A stretch of DNA of 64,000 bases, from the NCBI GenBank assembly GCA_001600815.1, contig BCKZ01000002.1, positions 372,001 through 436,000 of the forward strand, in the 5' to 3' direction. This DNA is from Alloascoidea hylecoeti (Eukaryota). Positions 56,567-64,000 of this stretch are shown in pieces (the stretch's first letter is position 1; each line of letters opens with the position of its first letter). Below the pieces are notes generated by a model. It saw only the letters and a list, made by a program, of their open reading frames with translations, was not told the origin of the DNA and searched no databases. The position numbers and the translations under genes are program-made.

Positions 56567-56978
56567 TTCATCACTAAGTAAATAACTGTTATACTACTGG
56601 TCTTACGAAATTTGTGTTAAAATTATATGCATGAAATATTACCCGGATATAGTTATAAGATCTTATCCCTCTTTTTTCTAAGTTATAATGATATTTAAAT
56701 GTAAATTCAATTCGTATAATTTCTATTTATTATAAATGTTATCACTAAACCATTAATGGTTACGTCTAGGTGTGTATTAACTAGATATTTCACTGTTTAT
56801 AGAAAATTAAGAGTAACCGGTAATATACATCAACATAAGTCTAATTTTGGACAAACACAATAATGTCGAATAAATAAAAAAATAAAAGTTGAACGGTATA
56901 AACTTTTCTTATTCGTAAATTCTTTCATTTTAATGTTGCAATTGTTTGTCTAAACATCAGTTTGTTTATGCTTTAAAC

Positions 56979-57454
56979 TTAATCGCTTCCTCTCAATACC
57001 AAAATCACAGAATCTCCACGCAGAAACATTTTACTAATAAATCTATCTTTATTGACTGGATTCCCCTTTTTACCCTTCGAATTTCTTGGTGTTTCGGTCC
57101 ACATCTAAATAAAGTTAGTAACAAAGCATCATAATAGAAAAAGATAATTGATGAGAATACATACTTCTTTAACATTTACTAGAACCATATTGGCATGTCG
57201 GTCAAATGCTTTCACATATCCCAATAACTTTTTATTATTTCTACAGGATATTAGAACTCTTGTTTGTTTCTGAACAGCTGTTTGAAGCACTGATAAAGGA
57301 CCATGATTAAATTCATATTCTTCGAGCTTAACGCGTTCCTGGTCTGTGAGTGTAGCTCTATCTTTTTTTAATAGATCCCTGTAATATAAATGTTAGATAT
57401 TTAAGACTTTTCAGCGCCAATTTTAGAGTGTTTCGATTAATTTACATACGACAT
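56979..57454 (-). CDS. SMD2: Spliceosomal Sm D2 protein (not in the ORF track); exons 57454-57450, 57378-57165, 57104-56979
   Basis: Manual translation: MSDLLKKDR...[14 protein letters not shown]...[38 protein letters not shown]...[21 protein letters not shown]. Two GTATGT introns. Confidence 0.96.
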
Positions 57455-57630
57455 AATGAGAGAGATGCAATGTAGTGATGGTTTAATCTAAATCGATGGT
57501 TTTCCATTTTAATTATGCCTGTATTTACACTTAGTCTGTGTATCTTTCAGCACTTGGACTAGCTATAGCCGATATTTCACGTAGATATCTTCCGGACTAT
57601 CCTAATTTGGCGAAAATCATAAAAAAATGG

Positions 57631-57668
57631 ACGCGTCGGTTTAGATCTAAATTTTCGATTTTCGCGAC
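57631..57668. promoter_or_regulatory. MCB (ACGCGT) and SCB-like (TTTCGCG) G1/S elements upstream of MCM5
   Basis: ACGCGT at 57631-57636 and TTTTCGCGA at ~57659-57667, in the SMD2/MCM5 divergent promoter. Confidence 0.6.
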
Positions 57669-57701
57669 TTCTGTTTCTTATTAATTACTTTCAATTTTAC
57701 A

Positions 57702-59954
57702 ATGTCGTATGATAGAGCTGAAGTTTTTGGGGCACAAGCTCTTCCTGGTGAAGAAGGAGAAAATGCTATTACTCTGATTAAAGAAACACTTCGCCGATTC
57801 ATTCTTGAGTTTAGATTAGATGACAGCTTTGTTTACCGGTAAGCATTAATATTCCCTACACTAGAGTTTTTATTCTTTAAAATATATTAACTAATTCCAT
57901 ATTCTCTTAGTGAGCAACTACGTGAAAACCTGCTAGTCAAGGAATACTCATTGACAGTTGATGTTGGCCATTTAATTGCCTTTAATGAAGAATTAGGCCA
58001 AAACCTCTCGGAAGAACCAGCTGAGATTATACCACTATTTGAAGCATCAATCACTGATGTTGCAAGACGAATCATTTATCTTAATGACAAAGATGCTCCT
58101 CTTGATTTCCCTACATGTCAACTAATTCTCAAATCTAATGCTAGTCTTACTTCAATACGAAATCTGAATGCAGACCATATCTCTAAATTAGTTAGGATTG
58201 CTGGTATCGTTATTGGTGCTAGTGTTTTATCTTCAAAAGCTTCTTCTGTTTCTCTAATGTGCCGCCATTGCCGTAGTACGACAAAGTTAGACGTTCCTAA
58301 CGGGTTTACTACTTTGAATCTACCACCCGTGTGTACTGCACCTGCACCAGAAGGTGAAAAGAAAGAATGTGGACCAAAACCATTCATTGTGGTTCATGAT
58401 AAATCAACTTTCATCGATCAACAAACTTTGAAATTACAGGAAGCTCCAGATATGGTACCAGTTGGTGAGATGCCACGTCATTTACTACTTTCTGTTGATC
58501 GCTCCTTAACGAATAAAATTGTCCCTGGTACAAGGTGTACAATTATTGGTATATATTCCATTTATGAAAATAAAGTAAAAGGTGCAAATCAAGTTGCTAT
58601 TAGAAACCCATATATTAGATGTGTTGGTATACAAACTGATGTTGATCATAGTAATACCAGTGGTCTAGCTATTTTCACAGCTCAAGAAGAAGAAGAATTT
58701 CTAACAATGTCACGTAATCCTAATTTATATGAGGCATTTGCAAATAGTATTGCTCCTTCAATTTATGGTAATGCAGATATTAAAAAAGCTATTTCATTGT
58801 TATTAATGGGTGGATCTAAAAGAATTCTACCCGATGGTATGAAATTACGTGGTGATATTAATGTCTTATTACTTGGTGATCCAGGTACTGCAAAGTCTCA
58901 ATTATTGAAATTTGTGGAGAAAGTATCACCAATTGCTATTTATACTTCCGGTAAAGGTTCATCTGCAGCTGGTTTGACGGCATCCGTTCAAAGAGATACA
59001 ATTACTAGAGAGTTTTACCTAGAAGGTGGTGCTATGGTCCTAGCAGATGGTGGTGTTGTCTGTATCGATGAATTTGATAAGATGAGAGATGAAGATAGAG
59101 TAGCAATTCACGAAGCTATGGAACAACAAACAATATCGATTGCTAAAGCAGGTATCACAACAGTTTTAAACTCAAGGACCAGTGTCTTAGCTGCTGCTAA
59201 TCCAATTTTTGGTAGGTATGATGATATGAAATCAACTGGAGATAATATCGATTTTCAAACAACCATTTTATCGCGTTTTGATATGATTTTCATTGTTAAA
59301 GATGAGCATAATGAAAGTAGGGATAGAACAATTGCCAATCATGTCATGAATGTTCATATGGGTACGAATTCTCTTGAACAAGAACAAGCTGAAGCACAAG
59401 CAGCAGCAGAAATTCCAGTTAATAAAATGAAAAGATATATTTCATATTGTCGGGCTAAATGTGCACCTCGATTGACACCAGAAGCAGCAGAAAAATTATC
59501 GAGTCATTTTGTATCTATTCGTAAAGATGTTCATGATCATGAAGAAGATCGAAATGAAAGATCATCTATTCCAATCACTGTCCGTCAATTGGAAGCTATT
59601 GTTCGTATTACTGAAGCACTAGCTAAATTACAATTAAGTTCGGTAGCTACTGTCGAGCATGCTCAAGAAGCCATTCGTTTATTTTCTGCTTCAACAATGG
59701 ATGCTATAAATCAAGGTATTAATAGTAGTGGTCCTCAAAAAGATCAGTTAGAAGAAGTTCAAAAGATAGAAAATGAATTAAGAAGACGATTACCTATTGG
59801 TTGGAGTACATCAAGGGATACATTACGAAAAGAATTTGTTGAAAATAAAAACTATGATCCAGCTAATTTAGAGAAAGCATTATATATATTACAAAGGAGA
59901 GAAACTATTCAATTTAGGCATCAAGGAAGAAATGTTTACAGATCAGGGGTTTGA
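57702..59954 (+). CDS. MCM5: Replicative helicase subunit Mcm5; exons 57702-57838, 57911-59954
   Basis: MSYDRAEVF start, intron [30 protein letters not shown], and Mcm5-type [13 protein letters not shown]. Confidence 0.97.
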
Positions 59955-60026
59955 TATTTATAAATTATTTAATGAATATCTTTATTTAAACTGTGAATTT
60001 TATTTTATATTAATGTGCTATTGAAA

Positions 60027-60061
60027 TGTTTTGTTTTGTTTTGTTTTGTTTTGTTTTGTTT
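60027..60061 (+). repeat. (TTTTG)n microsatellite between convergent MCM5 and YSH1
   Basis: About 7 tandem pentamers. Confidence 0.9.
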
Positions 60062-60164
60062 AATTCTAAGTTATAATATACAAAGTTTCCAAGCAACACA
60101 AGTATGATTCATATTAATGTAACGAGTAAAAAATAAATAAAGAAACATAATTATAAGTTGAAAA

Positions 60165-62399
60165 CTAAAATTTCATCGCATGTAATCCAATTGCATTGTA
60201 AGTATCGTCCAAATCTTGAGTTAAAGGTGCAGCAAGGCCAGTAGCTCTAGCTAGGACATGGGCAACTCTACTTTTCAATCCATTGATTTTACAATCAACA
60301 GATAAATCCTTATAGTTAATGGTTGCAACATGATTATCAATAGTTATTGTTGCACCTAATTTATCATCATTTTGATGGAATGTATCACCAAATTGAGCTA
60401 TTAGAAGAGCTTCGATTCTGTTAATTCTGGCTGTTAAATTTGAGTTGGCATGTTTAACCTCTTCAGGATTCTCTTCCTCTTCCTCTTCCTCTTGATTATT
60501 TCCAACTTCATGTATTTTATGTTCGTCTGAATGGGAATGCGGTGTATGTGATAATTTAATTGAAACGGGGGACGAATCAACAGATAACAAAATTGCTAAT
60601 ACTGAATCAGCCAAAGTATCATTAACAATATTTCCAACCCATTCAATGACACAATATTGATGACTAACTATTTTTAAATCAATAGCATCCATAATATTTA
60701 AATTAATTTCCTTTTCATTACCGCTATATTCATCGATATTTATATGACCAAACATTTGTCTCAGGTGATATAGAATAATATCTGGACCTGCCTCAACATA
60801 AATTGATTGTCGTTCTTTAACTAATGTTGTTGTAAGACTAGAGAATTCACGTAAATCATTAGCATCCATTAAAGATAGTTGAAAATCTTTTTGGACTAAA
60901 ACACCAGATATAGTACGTCCTTCAGATGGTGGTTTGACAGCTAATTGGCCATTAACTCTTGCTATTTTAACACCAGGGAACTGTAATTCCAATTCTTCAC
61001 AATTTCTAGGATTATAAATTTTAACTTCTTTATCAGTACCTTTTCTATGTTGATATTTTGAAAGTAATGCACTTTTTAATCTACCCATTGGATTTGGTTC
61101 ACCATGAACCAATATAATAATTTTTGGATCTACTAATTCAATAAAACCAGAATTTTGTTCATAATCAACATGAGCAGCAAATGATATTTCTTCGACACCA
61201 ATACGTCTTGGTATTTTGACATCGGGATTATGATTTGAAGGAATTTCATGTGGTTCATGTATTAGTGTCCTTGCCATTGTACCTTCAATTGAATAACCAG
61301 TGATTAAACAAAGATTTTTTGGATCTGGGGCCCATTTCTCTAATAAATCTCTTGAAACACCATTTTGTAACATGCCTGGACTTGCAATGACAACACAAGG
61401 ACCTAAATCATTAAATCTTTCCAAGTTTTTAATCATTTTAATATGTTTTAATTCGAAAGGATTTGATTTTTTATCACGAAATTGTTTCCTAATATTATCA
61501 TTCATCATATTTATATAAGTTTGATATACAGCCATACATTTTCTTGCCAATGAAGAAGCAAAATAAACATTAACATTCGATAAATCTTGTGGGTGAGTTT
61601 CCCAATATTCTTCTAAAATTAATAGTAATTCTTGAGTGTGGCCAAGAGCAAACACAGGTAATAAACATCTACCACCTTTATTTAAAGTACTATGGATTAA
61701 ACCGGTTAGTTTTGCCTCCTTTTCAGCTCTTGGTTCATGGGTAGCCGTACCAAAAGTAGACTCTGTAATCATAATATCAGGTTTTGAGGTGGGTAGTTCA
61801 GCCTGATTTAAATGTCTATTCATTTCTCTTGAATAGTCACCAGTGAACAGGACTTTGACACCACCAATTTCGATTAAAAACATAGCAGCACCAAGAACAT
61901 GGCCAGCATGATAAGCAGTGAAACGAATGCCATCCACTTCTAAAGTTGAGTGGTAGTCAATTGTTTCGATTCTGTCGAAAGAGACTTGCAAGTCTTCGTC
62001 GGTGTATAAAACACCACTAGCAGCATCTGATCCATCAGCAACCACCTGTGTAACCCTAACAAAATCATTTAACAGCCATCGGTATATGGCCTTTGTAGGA
62101 TGTGTCATGAACACCCTCCCTTTGAAGTTCGTATGTTGCATAACATAGGGAAGGGCAGCAGCGTGGTCCAGATGGAAATGGGACACCAGCAAAACATCGA
62201 CGGTCGATAAATCGTACTCATCGTAGAACGGTAAGCTGGCCAAGCCGGAGTGAGCTGGGTGGATACCAGCATCCAGCATCACGGTATGCCCACCACGGGA
62301 GATTACATGGCTCGAGCGGCCGACCTCATTGCCGGCCCCGAGGGTTACAAACTTCAAAGTGTCGCCTTCCACCTCCGTCTCGCTATTTCGTCTTTTCAT
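60165..62399 (-). CDS. YSH1: mRNA 3'-end processing endonuclease (CPSF73)
   Basis: [31 protein letters not shown] and SFAAHVD. First ATG is at 62399. Confidence 0.96.
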   Translation of the reverse strand: MKRRNSETEVEGDTLKFVTLGAGNEVGRSSHVISRGGHTVMLDAGIHPAHSGLASLPFYDEYDLSTVDVLLVSHFHLDHAAALPYVMQHTNFKGRVFMTHPTKAIYRWLLNDFVRVTQVVADGSDAASGVLYTDEDLQVSFDRIETIDYHSTLEVDGIRFTAYHAGHVLGAAMFLIEIGGVKVLFTGDYSREMNRHLNQAELPTSKPDIMITESTFGTATHEPRAEKEAKLTGLIHSTLNKGGRCLLPVFALGHTQELLLILEEYWETHPQDLSNVNVYFASSLARKCMAVYQTYINMMNDNIRKQFRDKKSNPFELKHIKMIKNLERFNDLGPCVVIASPGMLQNGVSRDLLEKWAPDPKNLCLITGYSIEGTMARTLIHEPHEIPSNHNPDVKIPRRIGVEEISFAAHVDYEQNSGFIELVDPKIIILVHGEPNPMGRLKSALLSKYQHRKGTDKEVKIYNPRNCEELELQFPGVKIARVNGQLAVKPPSEGRTISGVLVQKDFQLSLMDANDLREFSSLTTTLVKERQSIYVEAGPDIILYHLRQMFGHINIDEYSGNEKEINLNIMDAIDLKIVSHQYCVIEWVGNIVNDTLADSVLAILLSVDSSPVSIKLSHTPHSHSDEHKIHEVGNNQEEEEEEENPEEVKHANSNLTARINRIEALLIAQFGDTFHQNDDKLGATITIDNHVATINYKDLSVDCKINGLKSRVAHVLARATGLAAPLTQDLDDTYNAIGLHAMKF

Positions 62400-62595
62400 A
62401 CTTGGAGCGTAACTAAATTTCAACAGAAAAAGTTTGGTGGGTGGATGTAGTCAGACCTTATGGGTGTCTGAATGTTTGGTTTTTCATACCCATAAAATAA
62501 AATATTTAAAATAATTACAAATTTAAATTTCCTCCAAAATTTTCAGATTCCTGCAAAAACAGCAGAATTGGCACAATTGGATAAAACTCAGTAAA

Positions 62596-64000
62596 ATGAC
62601 TGTTTCTTTTGTTAAACAGGCCGATTTTAAGGTGGAATATTCTCCTTCTCATATCCGCAAGTGGATCTCAAGACGTACAGGTTTACAGGTCGCACTCATT
62701 CAGCAGGAATCTCCCACCGTAAATGGTTATTTTGCCGTGGCCACGGAAATTGAGAATGACAGTGGTTCTCCTCACACTTTAGAACATTTGATCTTCACAG
62801 GTTCTAGGAAATATCCTTATAGAGGCTTATTAGATGTTTTAAGTAATGTTACGTTCTCTTCAACAAACGCTTGGACCGCGACTGATTCAACTGTTTATAC
62901 TTTAGACACTGCAGGCTGGGATGGTTTTAAAATGTTATTACCTGTTTATTTGGATCATGTTCTTAACCCTACTTTGACTGAAAATGCTTGCTATACAGAG
63001 GTTTATCATGTCGATGGTGATGGTCTGGATAAAGGTGTTGTATATTCGGAAATGCAAGGTGTTGAAAATACTTCTGAATTTCAGGCTGATTTGGCCGATA
63101 GAAGAGCGATGTTTAGTGAGAAAAGCGGTTATTCATCAGAAACTGGTGGCTTATTAAACAGACTACGTGTTTTAACAAATGATGAAATCAGATCTTTTCA
63201 TAAATTAAGATATAGACCTGATAATCTTTGTATCATTATAACTGGTATAGTAGATCCTGAAGAATTACTTACCGTAATTGAGCCATTTGATAACGAATTA
63301 CCTACATTGAATGGAAGAAATTATCGTCCTTTTGTTGATGCCGTTAGAGAACTACCGCCTACTAAAGATACTATTCAAATTATTGAATTCCCTGATGAAG
63401 ATGAAAGTGTTGGTGATATTTTAATATCATGGATGGGTCCTGAATATTCAAATATTTTGGATGACTTGGCAATTGATATATTGGGAAGTTATTTAACTGA
63501 ATCATCAATTGATCCATTACAACGTGAAATTGTTGAGATTGATGATCCATTAGCTAATTATGTTTCAATTTATCCAACAACTTATGTTAATAATATTACA
63601 CAATTATCATTAGGTGGTGTGCCAACTGAAAAATTAAAAGAATGTGAATTTAAAGTTAATCAAGTAATTAAATCACAAACAATTTTAGAAAATTTTGATT
63701 TGAATAGAATTAAAGATATTGTAGAAAGTTCAAAATTAAAATATATTTTACAAGCTGAAAAAAGTTCAAATAGTTTGGCTGAATCAATCATATCAGATTT
63801 CTTATATGGTAAAGAAGATGGTTCTGAATTAAAATCACAAACAGCTGATTTAAAAGAATATGATATTTTATCAAATTGGACTAGTGAACAATGGATTAAT
63901 ATTCTTAGAAAATATTTTGTTGAAAATAAACATATTTCAACATTATCTAAACCATCAAAAGAATTATATGAAAAGTCACAAGTTGATGAAAAGAAAAGAA
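62596..64000 (+). CDS. SDD3: M16-family zinc metallopeptidase, YOL098C/Sdd3-like (truncated by the window end)
   Basis: Manual translation: MTVSFVKQ...RTGLQVALI...GYFAVATEIENDSGSPHTLEHLIFTGSRKYPYRG (inverted HxxEH), NAWTATD, KGVVYSEMQG. No stop codon seen before the window end. Confidence 0.85.
   Translation, partial: MTVSFVKQADFKVEYSPSHIRKWISRRTGLQVALIQQESPTVNGYFAVATEIENDSGSPHTLEHLIFTGSRKYPYRGLLDVLSNVTFSSTNAWTATDSTVYTLDTAGWDGFKMLLPVYLDHVLNPTLTENACYTEVYHVDGDGLDKGVVYSEMQGVENTSEFQADLADRRAMFSEKSGYSSETGGLLNRLRVLTNDEIRSFHKLRYRPDNLCIIITGIVDPEELLTVIEPFDNELPTLNGRNYRPFVDAVRELPPTKDTIQIIEFPDEDESVGDILISWMGPEYSNILDDLAIDILGSYLTESSIDPLQREIVEIDDPLANYVSIYPTTYVNNITQLSLGGVPTEKLKECEFKVNQVIKSQTILENFDLNRIKDIVESSKLKYILQAEKSSNSLAESIISDFLYGKEDGSELKSQTADLKEYDILSNWTSEQWINILRKYFVENKHISTLSKPSKELYEKSQVDEKKR

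Noticed and set aside
1..64000. Alternative CUG code, tRNA/rRNA genes, CRISPR arrays, LTR or transposase ORFs
   Set aside because: CTG falls at conserved Leu positions (SDE2, YSH1). I saw no tRNA box pattern, repeat-spacer array or transposase/RT motif.

Overview
AT-rich nuclear DNA from an intron-containing budding yeast (Saccharomycotina). It keeps respiratory complex I (PSST subunit) and the splicing factor Sde2, so it is probably an early-branching lineage. CTG encodes Leu at conserved sites (SDE2 GSMLRA, YSH1 MLDAG). I annotate 26 protein-coding genes. Many are split by short GT-AG introns that the ORF track fragments or misses. They are CCP1, TOM20, an atypical Arf-like GTPase, MRPL51, a Yvc1-like TRP channel, PEX22, RAD17, RPS12, a Gpb1/2-like kelch protein, a Zn2Cys6 transcription factor, the complex I PSST subunit, a GPI-anchored adhesin-like protein (with a 100-N gap), EXG1, MSB1, ECM38, TUF1, SDE2, GCD7 (7 exons), SER1, GUF1, SMD2 (absent from the ORF track), MCM5, YSH1, a partial SDD3-like M16 peptidase and two unassigned proteins. 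I found no tRNA, rRNA, CRISPR or autonomous transposon. The best leads are: (1) two ~150-bp elements 54 kb apart with shared terminal inverted repeats but unrelated interiors; (2) a mitochondrial EF-Tu with substitutions in the amino-acid pocket and at tRNA T-stem contacts; (3) an Arf-like protein lacking the DxxGQ switch-II motif; (4) an adhesin with Hwp1-like Cys/Pro/acidic repeats. All identifications are by eye, without database searches.
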